From Chrysomallon squamiferum (lineage: Eukaryota > Animalia > Mollusca): a stretch of 64,000 nucleotides of DNA. Numbering within the stretch: position 1 is the first letter of the stretch; every line of letters begins with the position of its first letter. The notes beneath the pieces are model-generated. The model was given only the letters and a program-made list of their open reading frames with translations, did not search any database and was not told the origin of the DNA. The translations under genes were made by a program, and so were the position numbers. The DNA is taken from contig CM022672.1 of the NCBI GenBank assembly GCA_012295275.1, positions 22,382,001 to 22,446,000 on the forward strand, given 5' to 3'. Of this stretch, positions 16,601-31,000 are shown one piece after another.

Positions 16601-19600
16601 ATCACACACTTTGGACATAAACGAAATTTTTGATATTAAAGAATGAAATTAATTGAAAATAAAATATGTTAGCACCAGCTGTTGTCTAAATCCATTGTGA
16701 TGTTATATTTATTGTTGTTAGTTATAATGTGACAATATTTTAATATCTCTTGCACAAGACTTTTTTTTCCAATTATTTTAAAAATGACTGTATGCTATAA
16801 TTTTTTCTTTATTTCAGGGTCATCCAGCACCATATAAAACAGTTTCTGCAAAAGCAGTAGTTGATTCCATTATTCTTAGGTATTTTTAATACTTTTTATA
16901 TATTAAGCAATTTGCATTTGAAATGTTTTTGTCTCACATATAATATAATGTTATTATCTCCTAAATGAAGTACCTTCTTGATTTCTAGAAACATTATGTA
17001 TTTAAAGTTTCAGTATGTAAACCATATTATTTAAATTTATTTTGTTGAAAACAGATTTGTGTTCTTAAAATTTTACTTCTTAGGTTAATTATTTATTTAT
17101 AACAGAAAATATTAAAGCTAAATGATTTTCTATTATTCCTGTTAGTTTTTCATATATGTCATTTATCTTTAAGTACTTAAAAAATCAGTGTTGAATCATA
17201 AAACTTTGAGCTGTAAAATCAGAAACTGATGGAAAGAAATTCCATAGTCTCTGCCATTTTACAATCAGCTGAATTTATTATCATCTAAATTATTTACTAT
17301 GATATTTCTTGTGTTGTGCATTGTAGGCTTCCAGCTCATGCGTTTCGATCAATGTTTGAACGTTTTCCTGAATCAACAGTTCGTGTTGTACAGGTATTTA
17401 TAACATCTTATATAGATGTATGTATTCTTAAGCTTTTTTTATGACATGTATTTACCATTTTAATAGTCTTCAGTCAATGAACTATTTCACAGACATTTGT
17501 ATTGTTTAAATTAAAAATATAGATAATTTGGACAAGGATTTTGTGAGTCTAGGTTTTCTGCCTATCTCAGTCACTGAATTAATGTGATGAAAATAAATTA
17601 GATGAAAGAGATTGAGCACAATAATCTTATCAGTCCAGGTAACTCTGGGTAGTAGCTAATCTGTGTTCCAGTTTTACTACATTTTTTGTCTGTTAGCATT
17701 ACTGAATTGCAGAGCTGTAATTTCAACAATTCTATATACATAAAAAATAAATAAATGAACAGTAATTTTTTTATGTTATTAAAAATTTATTTAAATTTTA
17801 ATATATACTTATTGCCATCTGTAAGATAAACTAATTTCACAGGACCAAAAGTTTAATCATGTTTGCATATTTAATTAGAACATAAATGGTGCTTGGCAGA
17901 GTTCTCTCCCATCTTTCATAGATTAATGTTGAAATTATGAGAAATACATAATTCATTAACCTATATAAAACTAAAGTAGTGAAATATTTATTTACCACCA
18001 TCCAATTTCACATTTCATTTTTAGATATACTTATTTTTGTACAATTGTTGTTTCATCATATATCTATTTTAGTGATGAATTACAATTTTATATTAAATTT
18101 AATATTCATTTAATTATTTTTTTCAGTTAATATGTTTGGGGAGTAATCATTTTAATTGTAATTTTTAGTATGCACCTTTCTACATATATATTTTTCAGTA
18201 GGATGATTTTTAACAGTTTTAACCTATCAATTATTTTGTTTCAGATTATTATGATACGTTTACAAAGAGTGACATTCATGGCTCTACACAATTACCTTGG
18301 TTTAAGCAGTGAACTCATAAAGCCTGTACGTACAACGTTTTGTTTCTGAAGTATAATCATTTCTTAACATGCTTTTATTTTCATTCTTCATCATCTGATC
18401 ATAGCATTAGTAAATGCTTGTATATACAGATTTTATTTTTGATCTCCATTCGCATTTAATTTGCTTATATTTGTTTCTTCAGCAGCTGATCCCAGAGCCT
18501 TTAATACAGTGTTTGATTTTTGATGTACAGTCACCTTTAGTTTGCTTATATTTTTCTTCTTCATCAGCTAATCATAGGATTCATAGATCCTGTACATACA
18601 GTGTTTTCTTTTTGATGAACAGTCATATTTAATTTGCTTATATATTTTGTTTTCATCAGCTAATCATATAATTAATAAAGCCTGTACATACAATGTTTTC
18701 TTTATGATGAACAGTCATATTTATCTTGCTTTTTTCTTTCTTTATCAGAAGATTCATTTAGAATTAAACTGCAATTTATGCATGGTCATTGAACAAAATA
18801 TGTTGATGTGGTGGGTGGTGCTGAATTAAACCTAGGAGTCTGTTGAGAATAAATGAATAATAATTTAATTTTCTTAAAAGGTTTCTTTTAAATTTATTAC
18901 AGGGGGCCCAGAAATATTTTAATTTGGCTTTGGGGTTGGGGAGCAAAACAGTCTGGTATGTAATAAAGTATGCAAGTGATCAGACATATGCTGTCTATTA
19001 GACATTGAAACAAGCTATGCCAACATCACAAATTAAGTTGGAAATTATGTTATATGATGTGACAACATAAGCATACATGCTTATTTTCATCTATAAAGCA
19101 ATTAATTATTTTATTGAACATCTATCATTATCAGCTTGGGCAAAGGCTAACATTATGTATGCAGTCATTCAGTGGGCTTTTAAGATTACTATGTCATCAG
19201 AATCCAGTATGTCATTTTTCAGACTTACCCATGCTTCAAAATTATATAAGTTCATCTTGCATTATAATTATTCTTAATTTTTCTTTAAACAAAAATAATA
19301 ATAATGATAAAAATTAATAATTATAACTAAAAGAACAAAAAGAAATCAGCAAAGACACTTCTGTTGGAATTTTATACAGAGAACTATTTTATGCAAAAAT
19401 CATAGTTACAGTTTCTAAGATATTTGTTTTCAAGACAAGAGATACATAAATGTGTTAAAGGATTTCTATCCTAACAGAAGACAGATTTGTGATTAATAAA
19501 TTAAGAGATCAAATTTGATGTAAAATTAAAGAAAATCTCAAGAAATAACAGGCAGTTTGTTACAGCAGTTTTCTACTTTCAAACTGGGATCAGTTTCTCC

Positions 19601-22005
19601 GAATTATAGATTGTTGATGTTTAAAGTTGTTTACAATGTTGTGCATTTTAATGTAGGTAAAACCTTCTTTTAAGAAGAATATTTCAATTCAGATGATCAC
19701 ACCCCAAGGAAGTCCTCAGAAGACACATCGCAATACTCAGTCTGCATCTGATGAGGTTTTCGTGGAGTCAGAAGTGAGGAAAGCATCACAATCCAGAAAT
19801 CCTTCTGACCAGCGTAAGTGTAATAAGTTAACTGACATGAATAAAGTGGTCAGTTTTTATTGTAATTGTCAAAATGTTCCTTCAGAGTTTGCATTTCAGT
19901 ATGTAAAATATCTGGAATATTCTTTTTTTTTCTTTCTTTTTTTCAAGAAGTATACATACAAATAGCCAGTGTATATTTTGAATACTCCCTTGTTACTGGT
20001 TGTGTATATGAAGTGGTGAATTACACATTATAATTTTTCAAAAATGTTGTTTTAATTTTCAGATATCTAAAAGTAAAATATGTCCTTTTTTTAAAATGTG
20101 TTCTGTTGTTGCACATACAAATAGCATATTGTTTGTGGATACCTACTTTTATTTAGTGATATAATACATTAAAATGACAAGTTTAAAAATACATATGTAT
20201 GCTACCACAATTTCATTTATTAAAAAATGTATAAAAAAAAGATAATAATTAAAATAATAATGATAATACAACCAACAGACGGCTGAGCAAGTAAGTGGAA
20301 AATTCTGTTTTCTCAAATTTATCAGGTATGTTACCAAGTTCAACATTTAATACTTTTTTATTAATATTTAGAGAATATCTCCATTTAAATATTTATTAAA
20401 AAAAAATAAAACATTCTTTTCTAACATTAATACACTACAAAAAAAAAAAAAATTTATGTTCAGAAATATATATTTTATTTTTAATTTTAAGAATATATTT
20501 GTTTCATGCAATATGTGTTCAAATTTAAACATTTAAAATTATTTTAAATTGATAATATTAAAAATACTGTGAAAAAAGAAGAAAATAGAAATATTAATCA
20601 TTAGATGCTTAATTATTTTGTTTCTTAGCACCAATAGAAAAGAAATACAGGCAAGCAAGAGCTGCTATTTGTCTCAAACAATAAATTCAAACAAATTCAG
20701 CAAGTAGAATAACTGATGAATTTTAATAACATTACAAATAATGTACAGTATTTGTTTTCAGCTAAACTTAAACACAGTGTCGCTACAGATGTCCATCCAT
20801 CTGACTTTGAATCTGCCTGTCTGACAGCCAGACTGCCACAAGAACAGACCACTGCTGTTCTGTCATCTTCACCAGTGCTCAAACAGGTTAAATAAACATA
20901 GTCATACATATTGTAATATAAAAAAAAAAAAAAAAAAAAAAAACGATTTTTCTAGTATATATGCTAATCATGTCACTATAACAAACTTACATGTAAACAA
21001 AGTTTAATAATTCCTTAACCAAAAACCATAGTGAGCATGACACTGAGCAAAACTTAATATATTCAAATTAAACAAAATATACACATGCCTGGTACATAAC
21101 AGGATGCAGATGATTTGTGGCCAAAACAAAACAACAAATGGCCAGTTGTTAATAATGGTCATTCGCAGCATCACACACCAAACATTTGTTTAAAAAATTA
21201 ATCTTTAATATTGGTGAAAATCTTTATACTGTAACATTTTGCTAGATAATCACAATATCTGAAAAAAGTTTTTAATTAATATGCTGTACATTTTGATTTA
21301 AACAAGCCCTATGTTTATATGAATGAATTTTGTCAAGCTGACTGCCATCAGTCTCTGTGGTAGCTTCAAGCTACTGTTACTAACCTGGCAATTTTATTTT
21401 TATTATAAATTATTATTTTTATTTTTATTTTACATTTTTAACCTCTTTTTTTGACATTTTTATTTTATTCCATTTTTTTTTAGACCTTTCTTTTGCTTCT
21501 TTTTCGCTTTTTTGTTTTTAATTTCTGAAATGTTATTTTTTTTCAAAAATATTCTCTTAATTAACTATGTTAGCCTATTTTCCTTCAGATTTTCTTGATT
21601 AATACTTAAATACATAAATTAAAAAATTAAGAATTAACCATTAACATCTTACAGTAAACCCAATTTGCAGATGTTATTATTATTTTTATTTTTTTCTTCT
21701 GTTCTCTTGTTATTCCTTAAAGATGTTATGTTAATAAAATCCATGTAAATAAGGATTATTTGCAACTTTGCTTCTATGGCTTGCGACAAAACTGAAGTGA
21801 ATTATGAAATAATCAATTGATGTGTATGTTTTAAGGCTGGAGATGAAGCTGGTATAAGTATTGGCATTAAAAGATCCAAGAAGTTTTCAGACAATGTTAG
21901 CCAGATGTCTGCCTTCACTAATGACCAACTTCTGGAGATGGCTCAGAAAGATCTCATTGAAATTCTTGGTCTAAAGGTTTTTAGTTTATTTAATTAACTT
22001 TTTTT

Positions 22006-22043
<38 letters not shown>

Positions 22044-25000
22044 GTGTTTTTTAATTCTTTTGGTTTTTAGTTTTAGCAGTGTGTGTGTGTTCTGTGGGTT
22101 CATCAGAAACATTTCAAACGTGACTTGTTTTTGTTCTTCTTTATTTTAAAAGTTTAATTTTTATACCTTTAATCTTCCAAAAAAAAAAATATATTTTCAA
22201 AAATTAATTTTCTTTGTTTCTATATGGGATTTCATATGTGTTTGTTTTATGTGTGTGTGGGTGTATTTTTGTTTTTCTGCTTCTGCATTATATTCTTTTT
22301 CATATCAATTTTTATTTAATTTATTAATTTCCTGTGATCTTTCAGAATCCAAAACTGTTACAAGGCCGATTACACCTTAAACATTATAAAGCTGGCAATG
22401 TCCTTTGTGAGCAGGGACAACAGGTAACTTTTCTAAAAACAGTCATGGGCAGACTGGGTCACATTTACTTTTTGAATGGCATGGCTAATTTCAGAAGGAA
22501 ACTAATGTTTATTAGTATTGTGGTCTGCCTGATGACTAACTTCTCAAAAAATGTTGCCCGTGTCTCATTAAAACATTAGAACACCAAATATTTTTGTTTT
22601 TCATTATTGCCTAGACTCTTGATGGTTAAGAAATGATATAATAATTTACACGTAACTTTAATTTATTAATTTACTTTAGATGTAAGATGTTTTAAATCTA
22701 GAAGCATCCCATACTTTGTGTGTTTTGGTCACACCACTTTTCAGGAACTTTATTTGTCGTTTAAAAACATTCATTTTAAGACTGAAGTTGTTGGTTTGAA
22801 GTGAAAAGTATAATTATTTCTTTGTGCCATTTTGTTTTTTTATCTTTTATCTTTTATTTATTATCTTTATCTTTATCTTTATCTTTATCTTTATCTTTAT
22901 TTTTGTGCAGGATGCTTCACTCATATTTGTTGTGTCTGGGTCACTTCAGAAATTACAGCAGGTTGTAGGAGAGAAAGACAGAGAGGTAAGAATTGTCTGC
23001 AGTGAAATCTCAGGACCCTTAGTCTGTTCCAATCACTACACTACAGCTAATTTATTAACATCCACAAGCAGTGGTGTTATCATATTACTATTATAGAATC
23101 AGTCCTAAATTATATGTATATACTGTTTATTTTTTTATAATAGGGACAAATAATATTTTGTCCTGCTTTTTTTATATTGCCATAATTGTGTTTTATAAAA
23201 ATAAATAAAAACAAATTTTTCTTTTTTCTCTTTCAGGCTATAGTATTTACAGCTAATCCCGGTGATCTTGTAGGAAGTTTAGCTGTGTTGACAGGGGAAC
23301 CATCACTTTTCACTGTACGATGCAAGACTGATGCTAGAGTGGCTTCTATGAATAAACTGGAATTTTACTCGTAAGTTCATCAGTATCAACTTTAGTGGCT
23401 TTTTTAATTGAAAAATAAATACAACAAAGCATTTTTGTTGTTAATTAAGAATGTCTGAACATTTACATTACAGTTGTCGACAGTTTTTAGAAGTGCTGAA
23501 CCTTTAAAAATTATTAATGCATATTTTTAATAAATATTAAAAGTCAAAGGTTCAAAAATGTTGATGTTATCTATCATTTGTGCTAAACTTTTATTAATGC
23601 TGATTAGCATTGGTTTAAGATTTGCATTATAGTTGTAAACAGTTTTATGAAAGCTGATTCTTGTAAACATATTAATGAACATTATTATTGCTGAACATTT
23701 ATGAATTATATGATTAATTAAAGGCTGAAAATTCTGATTTATCCATCAGTTGTTGATAATTTATGTTCACTGAAATTAATTTAATTTTAAACACTCACAT
23801 TAAAAGAACATTTCTGAATCAGGATTTTTGAGTCAGATAATGAATGTTTTAGGTACGTGTTGTTTATAAGAAATTAAAACTAAAATGTGAGGATCATTAT
23901 TTCTAAAGCCGAATTTTTTAGCAAGATAATGAATGATGTACATAAATATTGATTATGAGAAAATAAAACAAAAATTTGTATTTTCAGTCAGATCATGAAT
24001 GTAGTACATGTTGTTTATCAGGAATTAAAACAAAAATTTGTATTTTTGAGTCTGATAATGACTGCTGTACATACATGTTTTTTTTTGAGGAATTAAAACT
24101 AAAATTTGTTCAGGATAATGAGTGAGGAACCCAACATTGTGCTGAACGTGGCCCACACAGCTGTCAGGCGAATGACTGCCTTTGTGAGACAGATTGACTT
24201 TGCACTTGACTGGCAGATGGCTGATGCAGGCAAAGCTATTTTCAGGTATTTTCATTACTCAGACTTTTTCATACTCTTGGAACTATAACTAGAATGGGCA
24301 AAAAGTTGCTGAAATCCCTTAAATTTGTACAGAACCCAGTTTGAAGAACCCTGCTCTGTACCATACATGTTTTTTACTGGTTGTCCATCTTTACTAACTG
24401 TCTATTTTTTATTACTCTGTATCATATCTGTTTTCTTATTTGCCAATCATTAATTTGTGCAGCCATTTTTAACTTGATGATAGAAAGAGTTTTCCTGCCT
24501 GTGTTGTAGACAAGGAGATGACTCTGAGTGTATATACATTGTTCTCACTGGTCGTCTGAGGTCTGTGATAACGAGAACAGGAGGAAAGAAGGAGCTGGTA
24601 GGAGAATATGGTCGAGGAGAACTTGTTGGGATTGTTGAGGTTCTCACGCAGACAGAGCGAGCTACAACTGTGATGGCTGTCAGGTATGTTTCAGAGTGAC
24701 TCAACACATAACATCACATCACCATTATTGCTCAAGTCCTTAAATATACTCAAAAAGTCCATATATTTCTGTTTGAGATTTTGTGTGTGCACCATGGGAT
24801 GAGTGAATTTATACTTTTATCAGAATGTTCTGTCTGGTTTTTTTTAAGGCTCACTAAAACAATAACAAAAAACATGATATCTTTAATTGTTAATATAGTT
24901 ACCATTCTTCTCTATGACTTTTTCCATTTGTTAGTGAGGTTTTTAATGCTACATTCATAAAATTCCTTAGGTTTAGAAGTGATAAAGGAAAAATGGACAG

Positions 25001-28000
25001 AATTTTTATTACAACCTGATAGACACAATCCCCAGTAAGTTAATAGTACATATTTTGCCAAGCTATTTTATGGATGTCTTGGTACTAACTTAATAATAAA
25101 AACTTGAAAGTCTTTAAATCTTTTAAAAGTTTATTTTGTAAGCAAATATTCTGATACAAATGATATCCTCAACTGAATAGTTAAGACTAAAATATTACTT
25201 TATTCAAGTATATGATTTGACTTTTCTCTCTTAAATGACCTTCAATTCATCTATCCATCTATCTATTTATCTGTTTATCTATATATATAAATATATATAT
25301 TTATATATATCTTTGCTGAGTCCACTTTCTTATATATTTCAGGTCATCTATATCTATAGTTAATAAGTATTTTATTTTAATTAAAAAGCTTTATTTATGT
25401 GTATGCTATATTACAGAGATACTGAACTTGCCAAAATGCCTTCAGGACTGCTGAATCTGATCAAGCGGAAATACCCATACATTGTGACCAGACTGATTCA
25501 CTTGTTAGGGCAGAGGATTCTGGGTAGTCTGCAGAATCGAAGCACTGTCACAGAGAAGCCCAATGTTGAAAACCGAGCTGTGACAGCCAACTTGGCCACT
25601 GTTGCCGTCCTCCCAGTGTCTGATGATGTACCTCTGATGAGTTTTACTTTAGAACTTCAGCATGCGTTGAGTGCTATAGGTAATTATATATAATGTGTGT
25701 GTATATGTTTTTATTTGTGTGTTTGTGTTTATATGAGCACATGTACACATGTTTATGTATAAAATTATGTATGTGAATGAGTGTGTGCATATGTGTACAT
25801 ATATCTGAGAGTGTGCGTGTGTGTAAACTATATTCTTGTTGCCTGATTTCACTAAATATTAAATGTGATAAGATCGCATACATATTTGTTATTTTGTTCT
25901 TAATTCAAAATACTACAAACATTGTTACGATTCTTTGGAAAACCAAAATAGGAGCTGAAATTTGTTTCTTTGAAATTATTATTTCAATCATACTTAAAGA
26001 AACTATAAAGAAATTATTTTTCTTATGGCATTTATTTGAGAATTGATATTTTTTTTAAATGCTTATATTGTTGATATTTTATATTTATTGTTCATTTATT
26101 TTAGGAACAACAACACGACTGACCAGTGAAATTGTGAGAAAAAGACTGGGAACTGCTGCACTAGACACGTTTGTATTACTATATTACATAAAAAGAAACC
26201 CATAATCTTTATTTATTTAGTTATTTATAAAACAGGTATTACTTTCAATGTTATTTATGTATTTCAATGTTATTCAAATAATTTCAGCATAAAAAGATAT
26301 CAGTTTCATGCATTTTAGTTTAATTTAACCTGCAGTTTTTTTCAGTAAAATAATTTATTGAAGAATGTAAATAAAATTACTTTCTTTACCACCAACACTG
26401 ATAAATTTACACACACACATGAATGAAATTACATTTACAAGCTTATCACTGCTTATGCACTAACACTGAATTTTTCTGGATTAGTGATAGGCTCAGATTT
26501 CTGATAACTTACTGTTGCTGTGTATATGTGTTTTCAGTGTGAATGAATTTCGGTTGTTCAGCTGGCTGGGTCAGCAGGAGGATATTCACCGGATGGTTCT
26601 GTACCAGTGTGATATGACTCTTACCAAGTGGACCAAAAACTGCATCAGGCAGGCTGACTGTATTCTCATTGTGGGTCTGGGAGACAATGAGCCAACTGTT
26701 GGAGAGGTATAACATGATAGTTTATTTAACCTGCAGTTAACATTTATTTACATTCACTGTTCTGTTTGACACATAAACATATAGATGAATACACAGACAC
26801 AAACGCATACATAGGAGAGGTATAGCATGATAGTTTATTTGATTTGCAATTAATTTTTAATCCATTAACCTTTCAGTTTGACACATAAACATGTAGACAA
26901 ATTTGTGGATGCAAATACACTCATGCATACATGGAGAGAGAAAAAAATTTATGCAATAAGGCTTATTGTTCTTTACAGCTAAAAAGCTAGACTAAGGCTG
27001 AGAATGTATCTTGTGTAATTTAATTTAATATTCCAGACTTACACTGTTTTCATCTGTTAATGCTATGGTTTTAATTTAAAATATATAAAGATAATGCAGG
27101 TGAACAAATTAATATTTGCTTAATTTGAGCATCTAATAATGATTCAAACAAAAATGTTTTAAACTATTTGTTTAAACTATAGATTGAAAATCAAATGGAG
27201 AAGATTGCTGTGAGAGCTCAGAAAGAGCTGGTTCTGCTTCACAGACAGGACTCGGATAAACCTCGTAACACAATTGAGTGGCTTAACGCCAGAGGCTGGT
27301 GTTCATCACACCACCACATCCGATGTCCACCTCGAGTTTTTAGCAAGAGATCAATAACTAAACAGGTAGGTCATTGTGATGATAACATCTCCATTAGATC
27401 ATTCTTTATTCTTTATGTTTTGCATGTTTTTATTCATATATTGCAAAATGTCTTTGTAAGCTATGTAATTGTTAAATATAATTGTCAAATTTGAGAGGGT
27501 TTTGTTATCATGTTAATTTGAATGTTGAATGTGACCATTTTACTCAACATAAAACTCCAAAAACTTTTAAACTTAAATAAGTTTGTTATATTATAAAATA
27601 AATATTCCATAGCCATTCTGCTTCTTCAGATTTGTTTTTAATGTTGAATCATATTTGCATATTTAACCAAACATAGTTTGTTTGTCTGGTTACTGTTCTC
27701 ATGTTTGTAAATTAAAATTTCAAAGCATGCATTACTGAAAATGATATTAATTTAAAGATTGATAATCTGTGTGTATATTTTTATTTGCTGTTCTTCGTAG
27801 CTGGAGACATATGACAAACTTTTTGAAAATAAGCCAGACAGGTTTTCAGACTTCTCACGGTTGGCTCGTTTTCTGACAGGAACATCAATTGGCTTGGTTC
27901 TAGGAGGAGGTGGAGCTAGGTAACACTCACAGCATCTTCTGTAGTAAATTAAGAGAAAACCTACTTGATATGTGATTGTCTATTCACAAACAGTAATTAC

Positions 28001-31000
28001 AAATTCACATCCTTTCCTTCAGAGAATTTAATTTTTCTTCAGAGACAATTTATATATATTGTACTTAGGTTTGTTTTGGGTTTTGGGGTTTTTTTATTAA
28101 AGAAACCAGAAAGAGATCACAGAGGTTGATATGTGTTTTATCTTTCTTCATTAGATAAATGGTTAAGCTAACAAAACAATTATAATAGTGGTAGAAAAAA
28201 CCAGAATTCGTTTGGAAAGAACTTTGACAGAATTTTTAAAAAGTAATTGTGGGCATATTAAAAATTAGTAATTAAAAATCAGAATTTATTTGGCAAGTTC
28301 TTCAGAAGTCAGGAAAATCCCCAAACAATTACAGAATTTCAAAACAGTAATTGTATGCACATTAAAATATTTAATGGACCATACACAATTCCAGGCTTCT
28401 AAAGATGGATTACGGTTAAAGTGTTCCATCCATGCCAGTGTTTATTCCTGTGTCACCAAAGCAGTATTTTAATTACAATTTATATATAGGTTTTTTTTCA
28501 GAAGGTTAATTAATTTTGTAGTTTTCTATCCTTGTCATTGTTCAGTCCTATAGTATGACAGCAGCATTTTTCATGTTTTTTATATGTATATGTTTTTATA
28601 GAGGTCTAGCCCACGTTGGGATGGTAAAGGCAATCACTGAGGCTGGGATACCTATTGACATGGTTGGTGGGACGAGTATGGGAGCTTTTATTGGTGCTCT
28701 GTGGTGTGAGGAACAGAACTTCCCTCGTTTCACTCAGCGAGCAAGAGAATGGGCCTTTGTAAGAATTTGTAATATAGAGTATTTTTATCACAATTTAAAA
28801 TTTATTATAATATTAATTCTAGTTAAAAAGAAAAGAATAGACTGCTGTGTAACAAATATATAGATTATATATATATATATATTTTTTTTCTACTGGAGTT
28901 TGGCCAAGTAAAGTCATTGTTGCAGAGAATTAATAACTACAGCAAAGATGACAGCATTTAGTTTTAATTAGGCAGACTGTAATCTCATTTTAAGGATGTA
29001 ACATGGTGTTAAAATTAATGATAAAGTTGGATTTTTTTTTTTTTATTGTACAAATCCACTTATGTTCTTACTCAATAAAATTGTGCAAATAGGTTTGTCA
29101 AATATTCCTAGCATTTCTGAAAAATATATTTATTTTATATGACTTCAGGGAATGAAATCATTGTGGAAAACTGTTATGGACATGACATACCCAATCACAT
29201 CAATGTTCACAGGTAATTTAGATCTTCTTTTTGCTTTGACATTTTTAATGCATTGTAATTATAATTAAATTCCAACATTTGCTAAAATCTTAATCAAAAT
29301 TAATATTACTTAACAGGTATTTGAACAATCACAAAAACAATTTTAAGTATAAGAAATAATGAAAAAAATAAATTATAAAATCAAAATATGAAAGTAATAC
29401 ATATCTGAAAGAAAGCTAATGAACAAATGATGTTTTTATATATTGTATGTATTGATTAAAAAATAATCATAATAATAAATATCACTGTCAAAGAATGTGA
29501 GCTTTTCAATAATGTAAATCCTGAAACTTTTGTCAGATTAACTTTCAAATGTTAACTTCAACAAAAACTAATGTTCATGAACAAATAAAATTTTAGGTGG
29601 AGCTTTCAATGACTGTATTGAACAAGTGTTCCAAGACACACAGATAGAAGATCTCTGGATTCCTTATTTTTGTATCACAACAGACATTTCTGACTCATCT
29701 ATGCGTGTACACACAAGTGGTAATTTCCAGTTTTTTTTAATCTTTGTGTCTGGGCACACACCAGTATATGTCTGTGAATGTGTACATTGTAGGCAAGTGT
29801 GTGTGTGCGTCGTGTTTGGTGGTGTATTTTATATTTTAATAGTATTTTCTCTTCATAAGTAAATCAATTTATTATATAACTTTTGTTCTTTTCTCGTGAG
29901 TTTATTTATGAATTTCACTGCAGATCTTGTTAAAGGAATTAAAATTTTAAAAACACTGTACTTTATTAATTTAACTGCTGTCATGGATACAGCATGCATG
30001 ACATATATACTTGAACTTTCATTGGAAGTAGGTACATGAAACTGTAGATTCTTTATCAAGATTTTATTTTAAAAAAATGATTTGCTGTATAAATAAAAGG
30101 CTTATTTACTTGTTTGACTGATAAAACTGCTCTTTGTAAACAGGTAATCTATGGAGGTATGTGCGAGCAAGCATGTCTCTCTCTGGTTACTTGCCCCCTC
30201 TCTGTGATCCCATTGATGGGCACCTGCTTCTGGATGGAGGCTATGTGAACAACCTACCAGGCATGAGTTTTCATTTGATTTTTATCTTTTTCTATTTCTG
30301 TACATAAAGTGAGACCCAGTAAAGTTTTAATTATAAATATTAAAATATTTTTAAATAAGATCACGATAAAAGGAAACTGTGTCTGGTTTTAATTATAATA
30401 CTTTATTATTAGCAAAGATTGTTTGGTATGATCAAATGAGAACAATCATTTTCAGTAACAAATATCTCAAATGATTGGGATTTTTTTTTTTTGACAATCT
30501 TTGCTGATAATAAAGTTAATATTATTGCTTGTATTTCAAGAAAAAGAAACATTAATAACTTTTATAGCTAGCTGGTTAGTAATTTTTGTTTTTAAAAAAT
30601 CTGTAGTTTTCACAGAATATCACTATTAATTGATACAAAATTAATGTTTTTAGTGAAATATCTCTTTTTTAAAAAAACCTATGGTTTTCACAGACTATAA
30701 CTATTAATAAATATAACATTAACTAATGTAAATATTTTTAATGAAATATCCATTTTTAAAAAAAGTCTGTGATTTTAACAGAATATACTATTAATTGATA
30801 TAACGGGGGTTAAAAAAATGTGATGCATAACAGACATATCACAAACCATTTCAGCTGATGTATGTAGAGACATGGGAGCCCAGACAGTGCTGGCTGTGGA
30901 TGTTGGTAGTCAGGATCAAACTTGTCTCACAAACTATGGAGATAAAATCTCTGGTTGGTGGTTGCTGTGGAAAAGATTTAATCCATGGTCAGACCCTGTC

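Noticed and set aside
20279-20650. Candidate PNPLA6/7 micro-exons 20279-20290 (12 nt, GTAAGT donor) and 20629-20650 (22 nt, GC donor)
   Set aside because: The first has an in-frame TGA and no pyrimidine tract; the second shifts the frame; 19813->20762 is already in frame.
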